Origin: Psilocybe cubensis
Taxonomy: Eukaryota
Length of the DNA: 64,000 nucleotides
Reading direction: 5' to 3'
NCBI GenBank assembly: GCA_017499595.2
Contig: CM039006.1
Span: forward strand, 2,294,001-2,358,000
How positions within the stretch are numbered: position 1 is the stretch's first letter; each line of letters begins with the position of its first letter. The notes under the pieces are model-generated. The model had not been told where the DNA came from, ran no database searches, and worked only from the letters and a program-made list of their open reading frames with translations. The position numbers were made by a program, and so were the translations under genes. Shown one piece after another: positions 51,384-62,847 of this stretch.

Positions 51384-52639
51384 CCTTTGGACTGTGTCGT
51401 TCGATGGAAATGAACAAATTTAATTAGATGATCAGTTACCACTCTGACTTAGGAATCGGAATCTATATGACGTTGGTGTGCTCAGTAAGTTTTTTTCATC
51501 TTCATTACGATGGTGATCTCATTTTCATTTTCCAACTATCCAAATCTATCACTGAACTACGTGTAATAGTACATATTCTCGTTCCGGTTCAACGCCAATG
51601 CAGAATCCGTGGCGTATCTTACCTGGAATGACAGCCCCTGAGCAACGAGGAGACAAAACGGTATGGTGGAGAGAAGAAGAAAAAGAGCGTGGGAATGGGT
51701 GGGGGGCTGTAGAAATGGCGCAGAAGTTCGATGCCGCAAATGCCGAAACATATCACGTGTTAATGTTCCTCGGGCATCCCGGGTGTGGATGAGGGTTCAA
51801 AACATTGAGAGCTGAGCGTCGTGCTGAAACTTATCAATGCGGAAGCGCTCATGTGAACACTTAAGCTCGTATCCTGTTAAAAATGCATGGTGAAACCTAT
51901 TGTAGGGAACCTAGATGATGGAGCGACACGAAGTAGTCGGCTCGTCCTGAATGAAAAATTCATAGAAAATGGACATAATAAATTATTGACATGACCGTTG
52001 AGACAACTCTTCCAGAATAAAATTTAGGGGCAGAACCAAGGGGCACACCGTTAGTTCCATCAAAAACCAAGGCACAAGTTATGTATGGCGTACCCAGGTC
52101 TATGCTACCGCGAAACTAAGTATTTCGTTGCTTGCATATTCAAAAGTACGTACTACAGTTTACAAACAGTGGGAAATCAGCTACTCTACAAGAGTCTCAG
52201 GTGTTTGTATTTCCGAAGGAAAATAAGCACATTCAAATAATCTTGTAGTGAGCGGCGACCTTAGCATTTTGTGAGCCCAATAATTCGAGTATCAACGGTA
52301 GATATATTTGCGTGGAAAACGGTAAAAACAGACGAGGCCGTACTTCCAAGGACCCGCAGAAATAAGTTAAGGAGAACATCCTGGTTCATTGATCCAATCA
52401 TGTAGATAGGGTCACCATGACACTGTAATAGAAGAAGCGCGGTTGTAAAAATACAGGGCCAAGTCCTCAATAACGAATATGTGAAACATACAAATTAGGC
52501 ACCTTGTCGTCGAAGTCGACAGATTTGCGGGCCACGTTGCGGTGTCTACCACAACCTTTGCGATAATAAACATGGATAAGCTCGTACAGTTAGTGAGCAA
52601 TGCAGAGCGGTGATGAAGCTCTACACATAATATGTCACT

Positions 52640-52970
52640 GAACATCTCGTGTTCGTGAGAGTAAATTCGGCTTACAGTACGTGTAAAACAATACCTCACG
52701 GCGATTCGAGTTCGAGGGTGAAGTGGGCGCTGGGCAATGGCCGTGTTAGATTGTTGAACGAGATTTTAAACCACCCACTGGCAGGACAAAATGGGGTTGG
52801 AAAGTCACCGAAGATTATTATATCAAGTAGAGCTTGGGTTAATAAATTTAGTATATCAATTGCAGATATTGATGAAGCGACATACTTCATAGATTGAAGA
52901 GAATTATTAGACGGGAACATCTCGCGTGTTCGAGAGAGTAAATTTGGCTTACAGTACGTGTAAAACAATT
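52640..52970 (+). repeat. ~55-bp direct repeat pair
   Basis: gaacatctcg..tgttcg.gagagtaaatt.ggcttacagtacgtgtaaaacaat at ~52640 and ~52915. Confidence 0.8.
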
Positions 52971-53017
52971 GAGACTGGTGCCGCTCGAATACCTGATAGA
53001 AAAAAGACGGAGCCAAT

Positions 53018-55788
53018 CTATAGTTGCATAAGCAGGAGACTCGACGGGAGCCATGTGCAAATCCTGTATATTCCAAGTCCCGATATCGTGAAATCCAAAT
53101 TAAAACGGCAACCTGCAAAGAGGGTACCTCGCAGACCGGGTGCTTACAGTAGGCAGCGTCGTACAAAACATAAAGTTATGGCAGCATTCAACGTTCAATT
53201 CTTGAATGTAGGTGGGTGCGTCGTTGAATAAGTGAGGTCTGTAAAGCAATGAGGCGGCACATGTGCTGTAGAATATGTTTCCTGCACTGATAGCAAAGAT
53301 GATTCCTCACCTATGTTTGTGACGCTCGAATACGGGTCTGGCAGGCGAAGAGGCGGCGGGTGTGCTGTAGAAGGTGTTCTTGGCTTGTGTTTCCTGCCTG
53401 ATAGTAATAAAATACGATTCGCACCTATGTTTCTGCGTAATTCACTATCCAAATGAATTGTAGTTCCTCCTCGTTCTGTGTCGCTCACCCGACTATTTCC
53501 TCTGCCCTTCCAAGCCGGGTCTATGTCACTTGAACTAAACGTTCAATTCTTGAATGTAGGTGGGTGCGTCGTTGAATAAGTGAGGTCTGTAAAGCAATGA
53601 AGCGGCACATGTGCTGTAGAATATGTTTCCTGCACTGATAGCAAAGATGATTCCTCACCTATGTTTGTGACGCTCGAATACGGGTCTGGCAGGCGAAGAG
53701 GCGGCGGGTGTGCTGTAGAAGGTGTTCTTGGCTTGTGTTTCCTGCCTGATAGTAAATAAAAATACGATTCGCACCTATGTTTCTGCGTAATTCACTATCT
53801 AAATGAATTGTAGTTCCTCCTCGTTCTGTGTTGCTCACCCGACTATTTCCTCTGCCCTTCCAAGCCGGGTCTATGTCACTTGAACTAAACGTTCAATTCT
53901 TGAATGTAGGTGGGTGCGTCGTTGAATAAGTGAGGTCTGTAAAGCAATGAAGCGGCACATGTGCTGTAGAATATGTTTCCTGCACTGATAGCAAAGATGA
54001 TTCCTCACCTATGTTTGTGACGCTCGAATACGGGTCTGGCAGGCGAAGAGGCGGCGGGTGTGCTGTAGAAGGTGTTCTTGGCTTGTGTTTCCTGCCTGAT
54101 AGTAAATAAAAATACGATTCGCACCTATGTTTCTGCGTAATTCACTATCTAAATGAATTGTAGTTCCTCCTCGTTCTGTGTCGCTCACCCGACTATTTCC
54201 TCTGCCCTTCCAAGCCGGGTCTATGTCACTTGAACTAAAATTGTATTACTAGAGTACGCAGCTAGCTAAGTTTATGGTATTAGAGTCTACACTAAAGTGC
54301 TACTACTACAGTAAGCTCGTATGCGAACCATCTCTACGTACGACGTGCTTCATAGGAGTGAGTGTTGAGAGAGAGGTGGAAAGGCGTCACACCGTCACAA
54401 AATCGCCATGATACAGGACAGAAGTTTGATGCCGCTGATGCCGTGCCACCAATCACGCGCATCACCAATTTGGCGACGGCATGAGCGGCATCAAACTTCT
54501 GCGGTACTTGTTGGCGTGCTGGCCATATTCTCACGCTTTCTTCTTCTTCTGTTCCAACCATGCTCATCTAGCGGGTGAAGTAGCACATATAGACCGAGTA
54601 GCGCTGCTATCCATGTAGGCAGTCTAGCGTAGTGTACCATGTAAATAATACAAATACTACTACAGGGAGCGAAATGGGGACCGAATGATATTGTGCGTGA
54701 GGTGTAATCGAAGTGCCAACACAGATGTTAAGCACGTATGAGATCTCTACGCTCGCCGTAAGTAACACAATTTTCTGCACAGTGTTGTATATTGGGTCAG
54801 TCATTCAGCGCAGATACAGGTCAGCGAACAAGACATCGCAAAAGTTTCGAAGCATGTCTGGTAAGTCGCAACTCCAGTGTACCCGCCGTTTGCTAACCAT
54901 GCGATTAGACGCACACGATTCTCACTCAAGTCGTTCGTTTCACCATTTCCTTCCTCTTGTTCTACACAGGTATGTTTCGTTCTGTCTACCTAATTTTCTG
55001 TAGTAACTTACATAGTATAGCCCATCTCCTATCCCGAACACCAACGATCCGCACTATGCGCTATTAAGCAAACAAGATCCCGGACTTGTCATCGTTCGGA
55101 TACCGGTGTTCCTTCCAACTCAACTCCACAACCCCTTTTGCACGGATAGGGCCCTCTGGATGGGAATAGGTTATCAGAATTGCATTGCATGATGTGTAGA
55201 GCGCGTATACGCAGACGTATGACTGGGTAAGTCTGTTTACGTCGCATGTCCCATGGCATTCGCTGATATACCTGACAGACCCTGATTCCCATATCCTCCA
55301 TGCACATTGCGCAGGTGGATGACATTCGCATCCTTCTCTCTGTGCAGAACGAGCATCGCTGAGAGTGCACGATAAAATACCAATCAAGTAAGTAGCAGGT
55401 TCACTTACCTTGACGCTTCCACTGATTTGCCACATCCAAACTTTGGCTAGCAAGTCGTCGAACCTGGATGGCCAGCGAGGGGTCCATCGTCGCCCGACAC
55501 GAACGCATGTACTTCAGTCGTGGAGACGTGTAGGCTCGAGCGGGAAACTGGGGCAACATTAATGTACGTGGCTGAACGAAGACGGCTGCGCACAGTACTC
55601 ACTCCTCACACAGAGTTGCAACGCCCGTCCTTTGCTGTGTCCTCTCCATTCCATCGGTTGCATCAACGTTTTAGGGCAAACCATGACATATACAGAAGGT
55701 CATCATTTCGCGAGAGTACGTTTTTCGTCTTCTGTCTCTCTTTCTTAAGCACCAGGTTTTGATCTACAACTTCTCCTTAGCACGCTAT
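53018..55788 (-). repeat. Non-coding repeat module, copy 3 (longest); hairpin at 54419-54501
   Basis: Left part is inverted against copy 1; right part (54636-55788) is inverted against 62848-64000. Confidence 0.9.
53191..54238. repeat. Tandem triplication of a ~350-bp unit
   Basis: Units start acgttcaattcttgaatgtagg at 53191, 53539 and 53889 and are nearly identical; a single inverted unit sits at ~35940-36290. Confidence 0.95.
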
Positions 55789-58700
55789 TTCGAGTCCAAT
55801 TTCGGGCAAGGACAGAATTCAAGTCTGCGATTATAGATTGTGAGCCCCTCTTTATTCAGTCTATGCGTTACCATAACCAACGCCCTGGTTATATTTGAAG
55901 GACCTTCAATCTGTCTCAAGAACGGTGCATTTCCTATTACAGGTCGATCCCATTTGGTTCTAGCACCATTTCCGTAGAAAAGATACACCCCAGAGCAGAC
56001 AACTGATGCAACCCTTATTGATTTATTATTTAGTGATCTTTGCATGCTGCCTGCACGCTTACCTACTGTGATCCTTGATGTTGAGAGCAATGCCCATCCT
56101 AGCCTAAGAGTTGGCATGTAAAAATAGATGTCGTTTGCGCATTTGCTAGTTAATATGATCTTCCCCCTGTAATTCTCATTTTCCAGGTCAATTATATTTC
56201 TGAGTATCGCGCGGACTACATAAGCGTAAAGTCAATTATTAACCGTTGAAGCCGTTTGTCTGGCTGTCCTTATGAAAGCGGAGATCTTTCTGGTTTAACC
56301 GCATTTTGGACGAAGGACTGAATAACGTGCGATGCATTGTGAATATATCTTTGTACATACATAGAAGCATGAGATTAACAGCTAGAATCTTTGTGACAGG
56401 AAATATCCGAGTTGATTTAAAAAAGTGATTCTACGCCTACTCCCCGAAAAATGGTTTTGCATCTTTCATTTTCAAGAGCGCTATATCATAACAAGATAAG
56501 CAGGCCCGCCAAGAAGAATAGTAATAATTTTCTGGACGCTGATCTGGAGCTGGTTGATAACCTTCCCGTGCGGATTGTAGTCTTCTGCGTTTAAGGGGTC
56601 GGCTACCTGGTCGTCTGGTTCCATTGACGCTTGTAGCCGGTCGCAGGCTATCAGCGATCTTTAATGGAGTCAGGAGCTTTGGGTTGCGCCATTGCGTCAA
56701 AAGGACGACTGTGGAATCTTCTCCGTCTGTTTCGTCTTCGCTCATTCCATCTTTGCCAAGTGTCAAGACGACATCTGCAATATCATGACGACCGGCATCT
56801 ATGCAGTTACTATAACGGTCCACATACAACTTCTCCGACATTAGCAAAGAAATTGTGTAAGTGTAAGGAAACAGATATTGACATACATTACGTTGCCTAG
56901 TGCGGCGCCGCTTCCTGCGATTGGCATTTAGACGTTCCTCCCTTACGCGATCGAAACATTGTTCGCTGGTTTCTCCTGGCCTTGGAACGATGGAAATCAA
57001 TTTCTCACGAAACATTTGCACTCTTGCCATGAAGTGTTCCTTGATTTGATCGGCAGTAGCATTAAGATTGCTGTGTAATCGCAAGAACTGTTCAGCAAAG
57101 AGGTCCGCAAGATAAGCGTTCCATTTCACTTTCACTTGGTCGAAGTGAAGTTGAAGAGGTTCCAATGGTGGGGGGTCTCGTAGCGAATTCTCGAACTTAT
57201 CTACTTCGGCTGGTGATGCAATGTGAATGGAATCCATTATGAAGATGTCGTCATCTTCGGATATTCCGAGGAGATATTGTTGTAACTGCCGGCTGGCATT
57301 CTAAAAAATCATATTCAGTCAATGGATGATGTGGAGGCGAAAAGAATACTACTAGAATAAGAACTCTGTCCGCTGAGCGGGGACGAACAGGACCAGCTTG
57401 CTTGTAAGGAGAGTAAGGTTTCCTGTTTGGAATCCTCCTACGAGGGGTTGCAGGTTGTGTATTTGCATTAGACCGAAGTTCTTGCACGTCCGAAACGACG
57501 CCTCTCACATCACTCGACAGAGTGCTTAGCGTATTCAATATTCTTTCTTGAAAAGCACGTTCAGCAGCAGATACTGAGGCAACAGGAGGAACAGGAGTGA
57601 CAGGAGGCGTCGAAGAGAATACAGAGTGAGGTGGAACCACAGAGGGGTCAGCGACCGTTGCCGGAGTATCTGCATGGAAGGCTGTCGAAGCCTCGACTCC
57701 TCGCACATCGTCTCGACCAGATCTGGGTATAGCACTGGAAGGTGGAGGTGGAGATTGATGTGTAGCTCTACCTCTTCGATAGTGACCCGGCTTTGAAAAT
57801 CTGTTGGGTATTGATGGCCCTGGATTGGAAGAAGAGGCCAGGTCACCGTCTCGGACGGGCGAAGAACGGTTCGCAGAGGTAGAGAGAGTGGGAGTAAATT
57901 CCGTTTGGTTAAAAAAATTTGAAAAGGTGGGTCGTTCTGCTGAATTTTCTGGCTCCATATTTACCTGCAGGTCGCCGTTCCTATGGTTCATCTAAAGGAT
58001 ATTTGACTTCAGTTATACCAAATAAAGTGGCGGTAGTCGGTATCTTACAAACGTATAGACAGGTGTGCTGCCTACGATATCCGGTGTTGGCTGGAAACAC
58101 TTTCCTGGTAGTTTTTTTGATAACCTTGAAAAGGGCGAACGCTGTGGCCATTCTTTGGGCATATCATTCATCTGCAGGACATTGTTAGCGACATGTGGCC
58201 AAGCTACAACACCGCTAATTGTCTTACAAGCGTATATAGGGTGGTATCCGGCATCATCGACATTTGACGACGTTTGCCCGCCGCTTTTTGAGATTTTCCA
58301 GTCGCCGACGGAGTACTTTCTGGTGCATCCGGGTCCATCGCCTATGGAGTTTTCATTAGATATACATCAAAAGATACAATTAGAAGTAATTACCGAGTCC
58401 GAATCTTGCGCTTCCTCTCCAAATTCGATGTGGTCAGCCATGGTGGCCTCTAATTGACTGTTAAGAATTGAGATGGCTTTTTGAGAGTCCACAAGGTCGC
58501 TTTGTAAAAGCTCCAACAGTGACTTGGTATTACCATGGTCCTCAAATTCTTTTTCAAGAGCGGCCTTGACAGTACTGAGATCTTCAGTTGTTTGAGATAG
58601 CGCTGCTTGTTGTTTTTGAAACTCAACGGACATCTGTTGGTATCGCTCCCGTTCTTTACTAAGTGAATCGCGAGAGTTGGTCGCGGCTTGTTCCAACTCC

Positions 58701-59071
58701 TTTTCGAGGTCTCGAACTCGTGCGTTAAGCGTTTTAATTTGCTCACTGCGCTTTTCACGCACAGTTTGGAGTTCTGAAGCGAAAACATTCTCGCGATGGC
58801 TTGATAATTATTGTGCTTGAATCAATTTCTCCCTTTTGCTGTCAGACTCCTGGAGACGAGCCTGTAAGTCACCAATGCGATTTTCAAGTTGCTGGGCATG
58901 AGAGGTTGACTCCTCCCTGGACTTCTTCAGTTCTGCAGTCTTCGCGTCTAGATCGTTGTTGAGTTGAACGATACGGTTCTCTCTGTCGATACCATCAGTT
59001 AACTGTCCCTCAAGCTCCTGAACAGCACGCGTTAGCCTTGACGACTCCGCCTTCTGATCCTTCAAATCAGC

Positions 59072-60590
59072 ATTGAGCTTCGCTATCTCAGCCTCGTCAG
59101 CGGTCCTACGCTGGGTAGACGCCGCGCGCAGTCTCTCCAGCTCCTGACCTTGATCTTTAAGTGCAGTTTGATTTCCGGACAATTCGTTTTCGAGGAGTTG
59201 CACTTGGGCAGTAAGCGTTTTAATTTGCTCACTGCGCTTTTCGCGCACAGTTTGGAGTTCTGAAGCTAAAACATTCTCGCGATGGCTTGATGATTGTTGT
59301 GCTTGAATCAATTTCTCCCTTTCGCTGTCAGACTCCTGGAGACGAGCCTGTAGTTCGTTGATGCGATTTTCAAGGTCTTGGGCGTGAGAGGTAGAATGCT
59401 TCAACTCTTCAAGTTCGGTCGTCTTCGCCCTCACAAGAGCTTCAAGTTCCGTGATACGCTCCTGCTTGCTGATACCATCAATAGACTGTCCCTCCCGTTC
59501 TCTTTCGAACTCCCCAAGACAAGCCTGTAGTTCGTTGATGCGATTTTCAAGGTCTTGGGCGTGAGAGGTAGAGTGCTTCAACTCTTCAAGTTCGGTCGTC
59601 TTCGCCCTCACAAGAGCTTCAAGTTCCGTGATACGCTCCTGCTTGCTGATACCATCGACAGACTGTCCCTCAAGCTCCTGAACAGCACGCGTCAGCTTTG
59701 ACGACTTCGCCTTCTGCGCCTCCAAATCAGACTCAAGTTGTTTTACACGAGTCTCGTAAGCAGACGCATTCTCGATAGAGGCTGCGTTCATTATCTCGAG
59801 CTGTTGAACCCTATTTGTCTGTGCCGTCAACTGAGCTTCAAGCTTTTGAATGTGGTCGGCGTCCAAGGCACCACGATCAGCGGATGACTGTTGCGAATCC
59901 TTGAGCGCCTTCAAATTAGCATTGAGCTTCGCTATCTCAGCCTCGTCAGCGGTCCTACGCTGGGTAGACGCCGCGCGCAGTCTCTCCAGCTCCTGATCTT
60001 GATCTTTAAGTGCAGTTTGATTTCCGGACAATTCGTTTTCGAGGAGTTGCACTTGGGCAGTAAGCGTTTTAATTTGCTCACTGCGCTTTTCGCGCACAGT
60101 TTGGAGTTCTGAAGCTAAAACATTCTTGCGATGGCTTGATGATTGTTGTGCTTGAATCAATTTCTCCCTTTCGCTGTCAGACTCCTGGAGAGAACCCTGT
60201 AGTTCGTTGATGCGATTTTCAAGGTCTTGGGCGTGAGAGGTAGAGTGCTTCAACTCTTCAAGTTCGGTCGTCTTCGCCCTCACAAGAGCTTCAAGTTCCG
60301 TGATACACTCCTGCTTGCTGATACCATCAATAGACTGTCCCTCCCGTTCTCTTTCGAACTCCCCAAGACGAGCCTGTAGTTCGTTGATGCGATTTTCAAG
60401 GTCTTGGGCGTGAGAGGTAGAGTGCTTCAACTCTTCAAGTTCGGTCGTCTTCGCCCTCACAAGAGCTTCAAGTTCCGTGATACGCTCCTGCTTGCTGATA
60501 CCATCGACAGACTGTCCCTCAAGCTCCTGAACAGCATGCGTTAGCTTTGACGACTCCGCCTTCTGCTCCTCCAAATCAGCATTGAGCTTC
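59072..60590. repeat. Nested in-frame coding repeats: 849-bp offset duplication, each copy containing a 180-bp (60-aa) duplication
   Basis: EGQS(V/I)DGISKQE(R/C)ITELEALVRAKTTELEELKHSTSHAQDLENRINELQ x4; QTVREKRSEQIKTL x3. Confidence 0.9.
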
Positions 60591-61462
60591 GCTATCTGAG
60601 CCTCATAAGCAGTTATTTGCTCCGTAAACGCCATATTCGAATCCTCGAGCTCCTTGATATGGGACGTGTCCTCTTCCAAGATATTGGACCCCTCTCCATT
60701 GGGTTCATTTAGCAATATTTTCGCAGTTTCTGATTCTTCAAGACTGTCTTCCACCAGAGATGAAATCTGAAGAGACTGGGATTCAACCTTTTTGTTTAAT
60801 TCCTCCACCGTACGGTCATGATGAATTTGGAGTTCTTCGATTTGTTGTTTGAACTTTGCTTCCAGCTTGAAAACAGCTAGCAATGAGAGGCTGATGCTTC
60901 TGATTTTTGGTAGACTACATACCTCAGACATTTCGTGCTCTTTAGCACGGGATGCTTCTTTATGTTGGCGATCCACGTCCTGTTCGATGCTTAAACGCAG
61001 GTACGATAACATGAAGCCTGGGAAACGTACTCGTTTATAGTCTTCGAATTGGGATTGTAAGGTCTTATATGCCCCATCAGACGCCGATTTCTCTTTGGAT
61101 ATCTGGATGATACATTACTATTAGTACATATATCTTTCCAATAATCAAAGTCTCAACCTTTTGCTCTACAACGCGAAGGTGTCGAATTTCAGCATCTTTC
61201 AAATCGTTGACGCTCGGCTCTATGCTCTGAAGGCGCTTTATTTCTTTATCCTTCGATTTGAGCTTCTTAGTCAACTCATCAACCTTGAATACAACGGTAT
61301 GTTGAGTTAAAATTTGAGACGGCAATTGAAGTGAGTTACCGCGAACTCGAGTTCTTGAAGATACTCAGGCTCGACTGCAATTAACTTTCTCGACGATATC
61401 TCTTCATGATCACTCCTTTTTCGCTTGCCCGATTCTTGTGGTTTGAGAATCTGGGACTGTAA

Positions 61463-61618
61463 TTGGGGAGTCTGGGACGGTCCTGGATGATTGCGGGCGT
61501 CGTCGTCGCTGGAGGTGATATCCATTTGCTCTGTAGGGGATTGGGGAGTCTGGGACGGTCCTGGATGATTGCGGGTGACGTCGTCGCTGGAGGTGATATC
61601 CATTTGCTCTGTAGGGGA
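61463..61618. repeat. 78-bp coding tandem repeat x2
   Basis: SPTEQMDITSSDD..RNHPGPSQTPQ twice. Confidence 0.9.
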
Positions 61619-62005
61619 GCTGTTGAAGGCTCCCGGCAGAGAGAGATTTTCCATCGAAGCGTCGTCCATGCTTGGATCTGGTGTGATGATTGGGAGTGGC
61701 GCTCTTACAAGATGGAAATACTGACGATCAAGTATAAGCCATGCCAGGTTCTTTGTCAAAGGACGAGCAAGTGAACACACCGTATCTTCCTTTGTTAAAT
61801 GCGCCGCGCCGAACCGGCGCGGATTGAAGGAAGCAAGTGCATGCCCATTCGCGTGCTTTTGATGGAAACCTGGGCCAAACAACTTCTTTGTATCAAAGGC
61901 GTCGTGAATGATTATGTTAAAACTCACTGGTCCTGTACCTTCAACCTCTCTTTCAACCCTATACACCCACATTCACCCTCTACCGTCATTCAGTCCCGCC
62001 AAACT

Positions 62006-62571
62006 ATGGTTTCTGCACTTGCTAAATATATCCCACGGACTAGGGTGAGCAATTTCGCGAGGATACTTGACGTTCTTCTTAAGGATTCCAGGACACCTCG
62101 CTATCATTAAGAGCGCGCTACTATGGCGCGCACGCAGAAAGACCCGTGAACAAAGCGATACACACCCTTCAGAACACAAACGGCAGAAGCCCCCGTCTCG
62201 ACCTGGTCATGGGAGGGAAACGCCTGCAGCCATACATCCACGATGCTATTGTTTCAATTTCGAATAGAGGGAAGATTGCGCAGTTTCATGTCTTTGTCAA
62301 GAACCATTGCAGGCTCCCCCCTAACAGAAGCATTCGGAGATGGAGAGTGCGCAATTGGAAGGGTGATATTGTTGTCTTTAAGAAAGGAAAACACCAAGAA
62401 TTGGTAAACCTCGGGGGGCGCGACAGAATTTTAGCTGATTTTGCGACCAAAAGGTGAGGCCGGATGCCAATATGAAGTTTGACGACACTAACAACCCCTA
62501 GTTTCATTCAATCAGTGAATCAAACCAGGCCATTCAAAATCCCGAAAAACCTGTTTTTTGTAAAGCATTAG
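62006..62571 (+). CDS. Three-exon small basic hypothetical protein
   Basis: MVSALAKYIPRTR / DTSLSLRARYYG...PYIHDAIV..FHVFVKNH.RLPPN..WKGDIVVFKKG..VNL..RDRILADFATK / FIQSVNQ..KH*, joined by GT-AG introns. Confidence 0.65.
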
Positions 62572-62847
62572 CCTGCATGAAAGCACCGACAACGAATCCA
62601 CAGACCAGCGGTGCACAAAGACTGTCTGCGTTAGTAGACTTCGTGTTATCTTCGGTCACACTTGCACGATAGCATTCGGTCGTCATTTCATAGCAGAAAA
62701 GTCCCCCGTAGTACTGTTGTTTACGTTGTACGCTACGGTAGACTATTGCTGCGCTTTTTCGGTCTGTATGTGGTACTTCACCCTCCAGATGTCCATTCTG
62801 CGGAGGGCCCGCCCTTGCGGATGATGGCTAGTATCTCGGGCGTAAGT

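Larger units (their letters stand above)
56437..61669 (-). pseudogene. Probable single large multi-exon gene: repeat-expanded coiled coil plus C-terminal domain (WNAYLADLF..GMSEDETD..WRNP); one premature TAA at 58808-58810
   Basis: ORFs 61307-61972, 61077-61325, 58808-61012, 58367-58762, 57251-57991 and 56437-57237 can be linked by short GT-AG introns. The TAA sits where sister repeats have CAA, and the frame continues. Confidence 0.6.

Noticed and set aside
51800..53010. Coding gene between Spt5-like and module 3 (also ORF 55785-56117)
   Set aside because: No consistent splice model or recognisable domain.
58808..61012. Myosin, SMC or tropomyosin orthologue
   Set aside because: Generic coiled coil built from recent internal duplications; no motor or ATPase motifs.
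61670..61972. ATG at 61972 as start of the coiled-coil gene
   Set aside because: Only ~34 bp from the divergent ATG at 62006; MDDASM at 61669 is more plausible, though unproven.
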